A stretch of 62,954 bases of DNA, counting the filler, from Saprolegnia diclina VS20 (taxonomy: Eukaryota), in assembly GCF_000281045.1 (NCBI RefSeq). It is 5 parts of 4 records of this genome, joined end to end, with 100 filler letters (N's around TTAATTAATTAA, not from the genome) between each part and the next. Parts side by side here need not be neighbours in the genome. Positions count along the whole stretch, not along the records: positions 16,939 to 42,589 come from NW_008246205.1; 4 more parts are not named here. One strand, written 5' to 3'. How positions within the stretch are numbered: position 1 is the stretch's first letter; the number at the start of each line of letters is the position of its first letter. Made by a program: the position numbers and the translations under genes. Of this stretch, positions 22,262-34,374 are shown piece after piece. The notes under the pieces are model-generated. The model was not told where the DNA came from. It was given only the letters and a program-made list of their open reading frames with translations, and ran no database searches.

Positions 22262-24013
22262 ATGGCGTCGACGGCAGCGTGGGAGTGCAATGGCTGCGGG
22301 GCCAAGAACGTTGACAGTTTGTACTGCGTCATGTGTGCGAGTCCCGATCCGCGCAAAGTCCTCAACTCGCCGACGAGCGTCGAGTCGTGGGCTTGTGCCA
22401 AGTGTACTGTGCACTACGAAGCGTACGCGATGGCGTGCAATCTCTGCAACGAGCCGCGCCCAACGATGCAGGCGCAAGGGCATTTCGCCACCGACGACAG
22501 CTATGGCACCGCGTTCGATGATACTACAGAGGCAGAGATCGCCACGCCGCCCCCGCCAGCGGAATTTGACGCCAACCCCGCGACGCCGCAACCCGTCGAT
22601 ACGAGCACTTGGTGGTCACAGGATGACGACGAGATGGCGGTGATTCAAGGCGGCGGGAGTGCTAAGAAGACCAAGGCCCAAGTGGCGTACGAAGCCTTCT
22701 GCGCCGACCCGACGCAGGCGTCGATCAAGACAGAGGACCTCCGCAAATCCCTCCGCGGCCCGAAACTCCCGCCAACGTACAACAAGTCCCACTACTTTGA
22801 CGTCGAGGTCGCCAAGGACGTGGTCGTGAAGGAGGTGCTCCGGCGACACCGTAATGGCCAGCCGCTCCCTGACTTTCTCACCGAGATCGTCCCGATTCAA
22901 CAAGCCCTGCGCCACCGCTCCAACTGGCGGCCGTTGCTAGCCATCAAGAACAAGATCAACGAGCGCCTCGTCGCCGCCTGCGTCATGAACGACGAGCCGG
23001 CGATTGCCTCGGGGCACGGCCTTTCCAAGCTCGTGAATGCGTGGCAGCACATTGAAAGGACTTTGGGCGAATTAGGCTGGGCCTACGACGCGCTGCGAGC
23101 TGCGTATGCGTCCGTAACGGACGAAGCCACGGGTGTCTCGGTGATTATATTGAACTCGCCGCGCGCCGCAGTGCTGACCACACCTCGGCCGCCGCCCTTG
23201 ATGACGCGACCAAGGACGCGTTCGAAGGGCATGTGTTGCAGCGGTTGGAAAAGGATGGACTCCTTTTGCGCACGGCGGATGGTCGCATCGACAAGCGGTG
23301 CGCTGCCGTTCGCAGTGGCGACCTCACGCTCAAGGACGACGGGACCGTAGACCAGCGCTGCAGCGCGTACCGCGCGGTGCTGTCGTCTTTCTCGGAAGCA
23401 ACGTGCGACTAGAGACTTAAAAGCGCCAGCAGCGACATTCGCGGCGCTCAAGAACCTTGTGCGCACGGGCGATTTGTACTTCACCACAAGCGGCAAAGTC
23501 GATCGCCGCTGCGCCGCCGTGCAGCGCGGCCTGGTCGTCGTGCGTGAAGACGGCAAAATCGACGACGGGTCGCCCATCACGGGACAAGCAGCGGACGTTG
23601 AAGTGGGGCCACGGCGTAAAGACGGCAAGCTTGACAGACGGTCTGCAGCCAAGACGGAGGCACAACCAGCCACGGATCCAAGCACGCGCAGCCCCAACTC
23701 TGGTTCCAAGCCAGCCACTCGCAAGGCGGCAACGAGCCCCCCACCTGCGCCAATGGCATCAGGCCCCACTCGGAAGGACGGCGCACCAGACATGCGGTAT
23801 GCTGCGAACCGTGCATCCAGCACTAGCTCCCCCGGGCCGCCTGGGCCTGTTCGACTGGACGGGACTCCCGACATGCGGTATGCTGCGAACCGATCCGCGG
23901 CTAGCAGCAGCAGCAACAGCGTCCGCGCAACCCCAGCGCCCAGCAGTGCACCGAGTGGCCCTACGAAGGCCGATGGCACCCCGGACATGCGCTATAGCGC
24001 CAACAGGCGCTAG
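22262..24013 (+). CDS. Protein with two RanBP2-type zinc fingers and C-terminal DGxxDxR repeats (spliced)
   Basis: WECNGC..N.....CVMC and WACAKC...CNLC. Inferred introns ~23104-23171 and 23367-23412 join the frames to the repeat region. Confidence 0.7.
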
Positions 24014-24098
24014 GCCGAGTGTGCACACAACGTCTCACTATGAAAAACATGCATCCTTGTACAATCTGTCATCAGAGCAACTGCAGTAGCATGTAGAG

Positions 24099-24671
24099 TC
24101 ATTTACCAATCGTTGTAGCTCCCATTAGCTTTGCAGAGGCCCGTCCATGCGTAGGCCACTTGTCGCTCAATGTCGCGTCGGCGTTCAAGTCGTCATTGGC
24201 CCAAAGCAGGTTTGCGTGATCGTCCGTCCTTTTCGCCTGCACGCTCGCCTCCCGGAGCTGCCTCGTCGTTGGCTTGCGCGTGCGACGCATTCGTTGCCGA
24301 CCTCGATGTGCGTCTTCATCTTCGTCCGACGCTTGCGCTGGCAACGGAAGCCCGTCACCAGCAACGTACATCGGTGCGAGACGCTGCCGGATCAACGCCA
24401 CCGCGTCGCTGTCGTCCGAGGACAAGTCGGAAGAGAGGCTAAACTGCCGAAGCTTGGTTACCTCTCGGGGGTTCCGTGGCGTCTCGAGGGCAGCAAGACG
24501 CGCCTCGAGCTGGTCGAGTTGGGCTTGCATGTCGGCTTGGAGCGAATGCCACGCGTCGCTTCTCGCTGCGAGCGTCCGCTGGAGCGTCGCCAAGTCATTG
24601 CGGGTTGCTTGTACAGCAAAAGGGTTTTCGGTCGTGTCGACGGAAAATGCACGTTGCACCAAGCGCACCAT
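24099..24671 (-). CDS. Hypothetical coiled-coil protein, 190 aa
   Basis: Open frame from MVRLVQRAF with heptad-like LQADMQAQLDQLEARLAALE; no family recognised. Confidence 0.5.
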   Translation of the reverse strand: MVRLVQRAFSVDTTENPFAVQATRNDLATLQRTLAARSDAWHSLQADMQAQLDQLEARLAALETPRNPREVTKLRQFSLSSDLSSDDSDAVALIRQRLAPMYVAGDGLPLPAQASDEDEDAHRGRQRMRRTRKPTTRQLREASVQAKRTDDHANLLWANDDLNADATLSDKWPTHGRASAKLMGATTIGK

Positions 24672-25013
24672 TGGTATCGGCAAGAAGACAGCAAGTTGGC
24701 AACTGACCCAAGCTCTCCACCGACCAAAAGAGAAGGGGACGCGGTTTGTGAGAGAAATCGACTTGGCGGTCTCGCTTTGAACCTGGCCTGTCATTGGGAT
24801 TGTACCTTACCAACGGCGTCGCTGCACCAAGCGACCGCGTCGTAGTGCTGTTAGGACCTTTGTGTTCTGCCTGATGAAACACGCGGTTCACCGAGTGCGT
24901 CTCAAGATGTCTATCGTCGTAGCAAGCCAACCATTCTGGCGAGGGCGAGTGCAGGACGCAGTTAGATAGGAATACGCAGTGGATTATCATCCAACGTCGA
25001 TAGGATGACGCTG

Positions 25014-25930
25014 CTACTCGTGGTGCAAGTGGCCGTCCGCGCCAACGTTCTCGACCGGCACGTCGTTGATGACATTCGGCTGGCCCATCGTGAACGCATG
25101 CGGGTTGCAGAGGAATTTCCTGCGGCAAAATGAGCAGTCACGTTACAACACCGAGAGATGCGTACACAAAGGCAGGCGTCTTGAGCACGCGGCGGACGCG
25201 CCAGCCGCGGATGTCGGCGATCGTCGGGTAGACGTCTACAGTCTCGGTCAGGCCAAGCCCCAAGTGAGGGTGGTGTACCTTCAAAGAAGTAGTAGATGTG
25301 GCCGACGACGATACCAATCAAGTCGATCGTCGCGCTGTTGCCGAGCACCATCGAGAAGAGGAGGAGGACCCATGGAAGGTATGGCGCCGTGAACGGGAAG
25401 AGCCCGAGAAAGCTCAGACGCGTGTGCTCGTTACGGCGGCCCCAGATGTACACCATCATGAACGTGAGCGACGACCCGAGAAAGTGCACGCTCACAAACG
25501 GCGCCACGAGCTACGAACGCAGCACAGATGAGCTGCAATTGGCCAGGCGCATGGAGCGCAGTACGATCATAAAGGCGGCGCCAAAGAGGATCATGTAGAG
25601 AAAGTCGGCCGTCCGCCCGCGGAACGAACCTTCTTCGAGCATGCGCGAGTAGCGGACGCTACATGGCCATGAGACATAGCTCATGCGAGGGTATAGCACT
25701 TACAGGAAGTACATGTGGAAGAGAAAGTCGAGGCTAAAGAGGCCAAAGAAGAGGAAGTTGGTCAGAAGCCGCCACACTTGGCCGCGGTAGAAGATGAGGT
25801 TGAAGTTGAAGTAGAGCGAGAAGGGCGAGATGAGCTCGAGCGCGCACGCCGCCGTCGTGAGGAAGGCGCCCGTGAGGTACAGCCGGCTGATCACCGGGAT
25901 CTCGTAGTACCATTCCAAGGGGTCGTTCAT
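25014..25930 (-). CDS. DERL2: Derlin (Der1-like ERAD membrane protein, Derlin-2 type), multi-exon
   Basis: [53 protein letters not shown]. Confidence 0.93.
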
Positions 25931-26292
25931 GCTCGTGAGCTGTTCCGGCCGCAAGCAAGTATGCGATCCGGCCAATCGCAAGCCAGCACGAAGCCGAGCG
26001 AAATTCGGATCCGAGGACAAGTCCGAAACTAACAGAGTGCCCCTTCCCAGACACGAAGCTCCACGACGTCACTCCTTGCAGCGTCCTTAGCATAGCTTCA
26101 AGACCCAAGAGCTCGTCGCACATCTTACCCGCACGATTGGAGTCGCTTCGCGAGCCCAGCCTTATGGTCGCATCGCTATAAGCGATATGACATACCGGCT
26201 ATTAAGAAAAGCTTTTTAATATTTTTTAATAAAGCATGTTAAAAAAGGGCAGTTGCCACCGCGCACCACAGACCAGAGACAAGAGGAGCAGC

Positions 26293-26727
26293 ATGGCGGA
26301 GGAGTACCGGCAGCGCCTCGACAACAACGTGGAGAAGCTTGTCGAGAACTTCAAGGGCCTCGTGACCTCGAGCAAAGTCAAGGACCGGACGCAGACGACG
26401 CGCCAGGCGCTGCAGAGCGCGGTGTATGCCACGACCCTCGTCCAGGCCAGCGAGTCGTTGCTCAAGCTCGTGGCCGAGCTCAAGCTCAGCTTGACGCTCA
26501 ACGACTTTGAGGGCATCAACCAAAAGGTCGACGCGACGTGCGAAGCGCTCAAGGAGAAGTGCGACGACGTCGACATCTCGATCATGCATCTCTCGACGGA
26601 CGTGGCGTCCGCGCTATTTGAGCTCGAAGGCCACTACTACCAAAGCCGATGGCAGACGGCGCCGCCCGTGGCAGCGCCCACCGACGACGACGATGATCTG
26701 GACGTGGACATGAAAGACCTCATGTGA
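26293..26727 (+). CDS. MED22: Mediator complex subunit 22 (Surf5/Srb6)
   Basis: RLDNNVEKLVENF...LVQASESLLKLVAELKLSLTLNDF pattern. Confidence 0.8.
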   Translation: MAEEYRQRLDNNVEKLVENFKGLVTSSKVKDRTQTTRQALQSAVYATTLVQASESLLKLVAELKLSLTLNDFEGINQKVDATCEALKEKCDDVDISIMHLSTDVASALFELEGHYYQSRWQTAPPVAAPTDDDDDLDVDMKDLM

Positions 26728-26796
26728 TGACATCATCCTCCTCTTCATCTAGCATGCTTCCGGCGTCTACTTCTACTATATATACGGTCTGCGTGG

Positions 26797-28688
26797 CTAT
26801 TCGTCATCGTCGTCGTCTTCGTCGTCTACGTCGTCGTCCTCTTCTTCGTTCTCATCGTCGTCGTCGAGATCGTTCTCGCCTTCGAGCTCGTCCAGCGCAT
26901 CGCTTGGCGACGCCGACGCCGCTGCCGTGCCCGCGCTCGAGACCGGTGTGCCCGCAAACGCCGCCGGTACATGCGGCGTCACCGTGCCCACTTGCGAGAC
27001 CGCGGTGCTAAAGTCGCCGGCCGGTAGCTTGTCGCCTTCCTTGCGCTTCCATTCGAGCATGCGCTGGGCGTTCTCCTTGTCCGCGAGCGGCTGGTAGCTC
27101 GCACGCTGGGCCTCGGTGAGTTTTTGCCACATGTCGCCGAGGAGCTTGGAGGCTTCTTTCGCGCTTGCGGTCGGGTTCTGCGCCATGAGCTTCTTGCGCC
27201 ACTGCCGGCAAAAGATGAGAAAGGTATTGACGGGCTTGGGCGGGCGATTGGGCTTGGCCATCACGGACGGCGTCGCGTTGTTGAAGTACGACATGGGCTT
27301 GACCGGGAAGTACGGCAGCATGGGCTGCGGCGCCGGCATCGACGTCGGTCGCATCCGCTTAAAGTCCTGAGGATGTTTGAGTATCCCAGTATGCCATGGC
27401 GATGTCTACCTCGCGTTCCAGGACAGGTACGTCGTCGGCCAGGACGTAGCGGATTTTGGGTTCCCAGAGCTTGGCGTCGTCCATGTCACGGAGCGGCTGG
27501 GCGACAGGCGGCAGCCGACTCGCTTGGTCCTTCTGCTGTTCGAGGTGGCCCTTGGCGTACTGCTGGAGCTGGTCCCGAATCGACATGGCAATCGCGAGCT
27601 CGAATTCGCCGCAAAGTCCCTACAACATATTAAATGAAGGATCGAGGTAGATAGCGCGTAAGTACCATTTCGCTACAAAAGACGCGGGCAAACTGCTCCG
27701 GGTCGTTACTCGGGTTATGGAGGTCCCACTCGAACGTGTCGAGGAGAATTGTATCGTTGATGCGGAGCTTGATGTAGATGCGGTAGAGCGCCTCGGACTT
27801 GACGACGCTGGACCACGGAAGGTACTTGGTCGCGGCCGCCACCTGCGCCTTGATGGACTCGATGATCGGGGCGTAGAAACAGTCGGGCAAGTCGAGGTCC
27901 TTGATGAGCGACGACGAAAGCGTCTCGTACGTGTAGTCGGACTCGTTTCTGATGCCATCAACGAGCATGAGAAGACTTTAGAGAAGGGAGGGAGGCGTAC
28001 GTGCTGAGCAAGAAGGCGTCAATGTAGCGGTAGCCGTCGACGTCGACGTCGAGTCGGATCGGTATCAAGGACGCATCGGACGCGTTCATCGTCTTCGGGT
28101 ACTTGTAGAGTGGGTACAGGTCCATCTGGACGGCAGGTTTCCTACGCCCAGCACACGCCATGAGATCGCCACGACGCCAACATGGTGTACCGACCGCTTG
28201 AGCTGTTGGCGCTGTAGATGGTCCATGCCATCCAAGTTGGACAAGCGACTTAAATGCGCGTGCTGAGTCATATTCGTCTTGTCCAGCGGCTTGCCACCGC
28301 GTCGGGAGACGAGCCAGCCCTCCATGAGGCCGTTGATGCGGGCAATGTTGCCCTTGTACCGACCAAGCATCCACTGCGAGAGCATCGACGCGTTCACGCC
28401 ACACTCCTTGGACACGTCGACTTGGCGCAGTCCTAAGCGTGTGCGTAGTGCTTCGACCTACATGCAGTGTTGCATGCCATGGATCGCAGACGGGATTGAC
28501 GCGTACCTCTTGGGCGAGCATCGAGCGCTCGATCTCTGCATTGTCCTATGGAGCGGCGATGAGGCCCGAGCCCGTGCATGTAGCCTCGGAGACGACGAAG
28601 CATGCGTCTCGCATGCGTCGTCCGCCCGTCGTCCCGTCGGTACCTGCTGCAGATGCGCGAAATCATTTCCAAGGGCCCTTGAACTCAT
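26797..28688 (-). CDS. SNF5/SMARCB1/Sfh1-domain chromatin-remodelling subunit with N-terminal HTH-like segment and C-terminal HMG box (spliced)
   Basis: LIPIRLDVDVDGYRYIDAF and LLDTFEWDLHNPSNDPEQFARVFCSEM-GLCGEFELAIAMSIRDQL (SNF5 repeats); RPPKPVNTFLIFC...SKLLGDMWQKLTEAQRASY (HMG box); acidic tail. Confidence 0.82.
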
Positions 28689-29242
28689 GCGCTCGAAGCT
28701 GCGGTCGCCAATTTCGAAGCCAGCGAAATCGAAGTTTTCACATCGAATTTCGAGAAGATTTCCAAAGGCGCACCCAGATGCGACTCTCCCGCAGAGGCCA
28801 GATTTCCACGGACATCCCTCGCTCTTGGCCAATGGCGTTATCGCATTCTCGCATTGTCCGTCGTACGTCGCGGGCAGCCGCGTGGTGCAATCGCACCGGC
28901 CCAGCACGCTGCCTTCATCGGAAGGGGATGAGCGACCGTCGCAGGTAGCGCCAAAGCCGCACCGCATTGTCACATATGGGTGCGCTTTATAGACGTATCC
29001 GGACGAATAACTGCCGCGGACACAAACGCGCCGGTTTGTGGCTAGGGCTGCGGCTCGGATATCTGTGGCCAGCCATTCAGGGGAATCTCGGACTTTTCTG
29101 TCGCAAGGATACCCACATGAAGACAGGCTGCGAAATTGTATAGAATGGAAGGTACCTCAAATAAAACTCGCGTTTCCTTGGCCATCCGCTCAAATTCCTT
29201 GGGATTGCATTTGGGAATTGACTTTCAGACACTCACATTACC

Positions 29243-29920
29243 ATGCAGTTCAACGACGTGCACACCGACGGCGGCCTCAAGAAGCTCAACGGCTTCCTCA
29301 CGGCGCGCTCGTACCTCGAGGGCTTCCAGTTCTCGGCCGCCGATAGCACCACGTTCGCCAAGCTCTCGAGCGCGCCGGACGCCTCCAAGTACCCCAACGT
29401 CTACCGCTGGTATGTGCACATCGCCGCCAAGCTCGGCCGTGCCGCGTACGCGCCCAAGGCTGCTGCCCCGGCCGCCGCCAAGCCCGCCACGCCTAAGGCC
29501 GCCACGCCCAAGGCTGCCAAGCCCGCCGATGACGATGATGATGACATGTGGGGCGACGACGACGAGGAGGAGGACGAGGCCGCCAAGGCCGCCGCCAAGA
29601 AGCGCGCCGACGCTGCCAAGGCCTCGAAGAAGGAGAAGGCCAAGCCGATTGAGCGCTCGCAGGTCGTGATTGAGGTCAAGCCCTGGGAAGCCGAGACCGA
29701 CCTTGAGGCGCTTGCCATCAAGATCAAGGCCCTCGAAGTCAACGGCCTCTCGTGGGGTGAGGGCCACAAGCTCGTCCCGGTTGCCTTCGGCATCAAGAAG
29801 CTCCTCGTCCAGTGTATCATTATTGACGAACTTGTCTTGTTGGACGACATCACGGAAGCCATCGAGCAGTTCGAGGACGACGTGCAGTCGGTCGACGTCG
29901 CCTCGATGAACAAGATGTAA
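29243..29920 (+). CDS. EEF1B: Translation elongation factor 1-beta (eEF1B)
   Basis: LNGFLTARSYLEG, DDDDDMWG, VKPWEAETDL, LVPVAFGIKKL, VQSVDVASMNK. Confidence 0.97.
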   Translation: MQFNDVHTDGGLKKLNGFLTARSYLEGFQFSAADSTTFAKLSSAPDASKYPNVYRWYVHIAAKLGRAAYAPKAAAPAAAKPATPKAATPKAAKPADDDDDDMWGDDDEEEDEAAKAAAKKRADAAKASKKEKAKPIERSQVVIEVKPWEAETDLEALAIKIKALEVNGLSWGEGHKLVPVAFGIKKLLVQCIIIDELVLLDDITEAIEQFEDDVQSVDVASMNKM

Positions 29921-30140
29921 ATTCGTCGGTGTTTCTATCTTCTCTTTAATTAGTACAACAAGTAGACAGTAGTAGATTGATTAAAACACTAGGCTATTTG
30001 TCTGTCACGTCTCCCGACTCCTCGCGCCGCAATACTACAGCGCCCGACGCACCCATGTTGAAGCTCATGCCACAGGATTCTGAGAAGATCCAAGTTGCGA
30101 TCTTCCATCCTTCGAAACGCCACGTCGTCCGTACATTCCA

Positions 30141-33100
30141 ATGGATCGCACCGCGCTGCTGCACCGAAATAAGGGCCGCGCACGCTACCACGCGCTCTGG
30201 ACGTACGTGGCTGCCGCCGTGGCCATCGCGGTCGCCTACTACGGTCCGCTCTATGGCCTTGGCACGAGCCTACCCAGCCGCATTGACGCCTTTGAGGCGT
30301 GGTTCCGCGCCCACGGCGGCCTCGCGACGCACGTGCGTCTTGCGCCGTTCGAGGGGATGGGCCTCGGCCTCCAAGCCACCGCCACGATCCATGCCAACGA
30401 CCAAGTGCTCTTCGTGCCCAGCGACATCATCATGTAGTCGTCGTCGATACGAAGAGGACGCTGACTTGCTTGCGTAGCGGTCGCGACGTGGCCTTGAACG
30501 CGCTGCCGAAAGCGATGCGAAAGAAAGTGACCGCCCTGTCTTCCGACAACGACGTGCTCGCGACCTTCTTGGTCTACGAAAAGCTCAAGGGGCCAAAGTC
30601 CAAGTGGGCGCCGTACCTTGCGGTACGTACGCCTCTGTGACACCAAGTGTGATGCAATGGAAGTAGGTTTTACCGACCGAAATTGCGCTGCCCATGGAAG
30701 CGCCGGACGCTGCGCTACTCGAGTTGCAGGTCGACCCTCATTGCTCCAATGACAGCCTCGTCATATATCAACGAATAGGATCCCGGTCTTGTCCAGACCA
30801 TTCGCGCACGCCAAGCCGCCCTCCGCGCCAGCTTTGCGACGCTCGAGTCGACGCTGGCGCGCTTCTTCGCGCCGTTCGGGACACTACCGACGCTCGTAAG
30901 CATGGCGTCCTGCCATCAACGAGCTTCATGTTGGCTAGGAGCTCCACACGTGGGCGCATGCAGTGCTGTCGTCCCGCGCCCTCACAATCTCGGGGCGCCG
31001 CCTCCTCGTGCCCTTTGCCGACATGTTTAACGGCAAGCCGCACGAGGTACAACTCGGTTGGACGTATAAAACGCGCTGCAAATCGCTTTAGGTCGCGCGG
31101 GCGGCCCGGGGCGGCGCACACTTTCTGGACTTTCACCGCTTGGAGAAGGACGGCATGTACATTTTGGCCGACCGCGCTGTTGGCCCACTCGACCAGCTCT
31201 TTGAAGACTATGGCGACAGTCCGAATCACATGTTGCAACAAGCTTCTCGGTCGTGGGTATTGATACCTTGATAGTTACTTTGTGCACCACGGCTTTCTCA
31301 TGGACGCCAACCCATTCGACTGCGTGCACGTCCTTCTGCCGCTATCGGCGCTACCGCCGTCCTTGCAGGCGCCATTTCGCCGGCTCTTGTACAGCGATGA
31401 GATCGTCGACGACATGCTCCAAGCGTGCTTTACGCCCACCGCCACGTACGCGATCGACCAACGACACCAATAATGATGTACAGATGACGCAGAACAACGA
31501 GTGCAGTCGCCAGCGCCTACCTCCAGCTCGTAGTCTTGAGCGAAAACGAAGCGACGCGCTGCGTGACGCAGCTCGCGTCCTGTGCCAACGTCCACGTGGA
31601 CGTGCCCACGCTGCTAGGTCGGGACACCAAGTACGCCGAGTGGCTCCTCGCTCACATCCATAAGCAAGTCGCGGTACGCCGTGTTATCAGTCCCTAGTCG
31701 TGGGGTGCTGACAAATATATGTAGGCATCGCCGACGCAGCTCCAAGACGACTTGGCGCTCCTGAGCGATGGCAGCGCGCCGTACCCGTACGCTTGTCTCT
31801 TCTAGAAAGCGCTCTGCATGAGTGTGTTGTAGCCACTTCGTCGCGTACCGAGCGCGCCAAAAGCAACTTTTGCTGCGTTTGCAAGCGCATTTGACGCAGC
31901 TGCCGCCAGTTGCGCATGTACCGGCGCCGAAAAAGTCGCTCCAAATCCCGATTGCCACGACCGCTGTCGCCGCGCGCCTCGCCCGCTTCCACGAGTGGGT
32001 CACCTCGTTTGACGTTCCGTCGCTCAAGATCCGCGTGCAGTACAGCGGTCCGCTGCTCGGGTTTGGTGCGTTTGCCACCGACGACATTGGCCTCGATGAG
32101 ATCTATGTGGCGATCCCACCGCTCATGCTCATGGACGTGGCTTCGGCCATGCGCTGCACTGTGCTCGGACCCGTCTTTCGATCGCTCTATTCGTCGACGG
32201 GCAGCCGCGATCCAATGCACGAGGTACGGCCGTCGTCGTTCTCTTCTAAGTACTGATTGCGCCAGTAGCTGCTGCTGCATGTCATGCACGAACGCTACGT
32301 GCTTGGCGACGCGTCCGCGTGGTTTCCGTACTTGGATCTCTTGCCAGCGCTCAATGAGGTGCCCGCGACACCTCTCTTTTACACGTACGCATGATACCGC
32401 AATAAGTACCGCGTCTGAGAGGGCGAGTAGCGAGGCCGAGCTGGCGCTTTTGGAGGGTACTGACCTTGGCGGCCTCGTACTAGCGTATCGCGACCAAGTG
32501 ACCAAGAGCTACGACGCCATTCGACGCGTCGTCTTGACCAAGTTCCCAGAGGTACTCGATGCATGCGGTCGTGAGGCGCTGAGGATGAAGTAGGTCTTCC
32601 CGAGAGACGTCTTTTCTTTGGCTGCGTACACGCACACGCGGTTTCTCCTGGACACGCGGAGCATCTGGTGGGGTGGCGAGCGTCACTTGGTGCCGATCTT
32701 GGACATGGTCAACTGCTTGGGCGAGGGCCCGGTCCATTCGACGGTCCTTGAAAGCGGCGTCTCGGCCGTCGCGCCAACCGAGGCGTTTGCGTCGACGCGG
32801 GCCAAGACGGCGTTCGCAGCCGGCGCCCAAGTGTTTGAAAACTACGGCCAGCCCAATTGGATCTACCTCTTGTACCATGGCTTTGTCCTCGAGAAGAACC
32901 CGTCCGACTGTCTCCACGTCATCCTCAACTTTGCATCCCTCGTATGTTGAGCCCGATGCGTCCGTCGTCGTCACTTGTCTATCGTAGACTACCGTTGACG
33001 CCAACGTGCAAAAGCGCATGGCATCGCGGCTGCAGACGCTGGGCGTCGCGTCGCCGGCCGCCGAGTTTTGCCTCCAGCTCACCGACGAAATCCCCAAATC

Positions 33101-33412
33101 GCTCCTGACGGTGGCCGCCATGTATACCACATCGAGCGTGGCGCGGGGCGTCTCGCTCGAAGCGCAGTGGCAAGCGCTGCATGACGTGCTTTCCCAGAAG
33201 CGGAGCGTACTCGCGGCCAAGCTCCAAGTGCCAGAAGCCGACTATGGACGGTACAAACATCGACTCGATTGACTTGCGGTCAAGAAACATGTAGGCGCGG
33301 CAATGGGCGGCGCAACGAAGCCACGATCCGGCGCTACCTCGAAAGCCAACTGCATCTCCTAGATAGACGTCTTGATGAGCTCACGATGAAGCTAAGCGAA
33401 CCGCTCATGTAA
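30141..33412 (+). CDS. Tandem SET-domain protein lysine methyltransferase-like (Rubisco LSMT/SETD3-type), N-terminal TM segment, multi-exon
   Basis: Domain 1: FEAWF..GMGLGLQAT, SKWAPYL, LVPFADMFN, FEDYG..HHGF. Domain 2: FHEWV..GFGAFAT, WFPYLDLLP, LVPILDMVN, QVFENYGQPN..YHGF. Confidence 0.78.
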
Positions 33413-33964
33413 TGAGAGAATCGTACGTCAAATACTTGACAACATGGCCGCGGGAGCTGCGGCGGCAGGCCGCCTTGGCTGCATGCGGGACTGCTTCGTA
33501 CGTGAGATGGACGATGATGAAGCACATGTGGAGAAGGTAGAGCCACTTGAGGCCACTGCAAGCGACCTCAGCGCAGCCTCGAACCACCTCCATCTGGCAG
33601 ATCTGGAAAACGATATCCTTGGGTGGCATGTTACAAGTGTTATAACACAGCTCCCGAGTGCAAAGATGGGGATGGTGCGACGTCGCTAATTTCCTGAACG
33701 TCGGCACCGAGCAGCCTGTATACATCCTGCAAGTCATGCTCGGTTAGAGGAAAGGCTCTGGCGTGTCCTTGTTGCTACTACGAGCGCTGATGTTGCGGGA
33801 CAGCTTACTCACATCCAACACGAGCTAAGACTGACACAGTTATAACAATCCTGGAAGATCTGACAGGCGAACCGGCTGGTTGCGTATTATCCGGTAGCCT
33901 TCAATATCCGGTTAGCATTGCCCTAGCAGTTTTCATCAAGCGACGCAGAGCGAAGCGCAAGACC

Positions 33965-34370
33965 ATGGCCTACATCTCCGGCGGTAGGGTCGTGGAGCAG
34001 CGCTCATGGCTGCGCCTGTCCATCTTCCCCGACATGTTCTGGGGCCTCCTCAGCATCATCCAGCTCTTGTAAGTGTCCATGCACTAGGTTGCTTGCGCCT
34101 AACGATGACCGTAGCTTCTCGACCTTCTTTGGCGGGGTAATCCCAACCTTGCTTGTGGCCCTCGATGGCATCTCATAGCGGCTACGTACAGGCGCCTGAC
34201 ACCAAGTACTCGTCCAGTCGCCGCGGTGGAGGCGGCGGCGGTGGCGGTCCCGGCGGTCCACGACGCCCAATCGGTCGCCTTCAACCCAGCACGTGCGTCC
34301 CAGGTACATGACCTCGCTGAAGGCTTGGCGATCTTATATGCATCTTATAGCTGGCGGCGGCTGAGGTTAA
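33965..34370 (+). CDS. SELENOK: Selenoprotein K, 85 aa, 4 exons (33965-34068, 34115-34136, 34192-34303, 34351-34370); UGA=Sec at 34362-34364
   Basis: Spliced translation MAYISGGRVVEQRSWLRLSIFPDMFWGLLSIIQLFFSTFFGGAPDTKYSSSRRGGGGGGGGPGGPRRPIGRLQPSTCVPAGGG-U-G* has the SelK layout. All introns are GT-AG and a SECIS lies downstream. Confidence 0.9.
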
Positions 34371-34374
34371 GCGC

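Noticed and set aside
25014..34370. Derlin and SelK as an ERAD gene cluster
   Set aside because: They are 8 kb apart with four unrelated genes between them; chance proximity in a gene-dense genome is sufficient.
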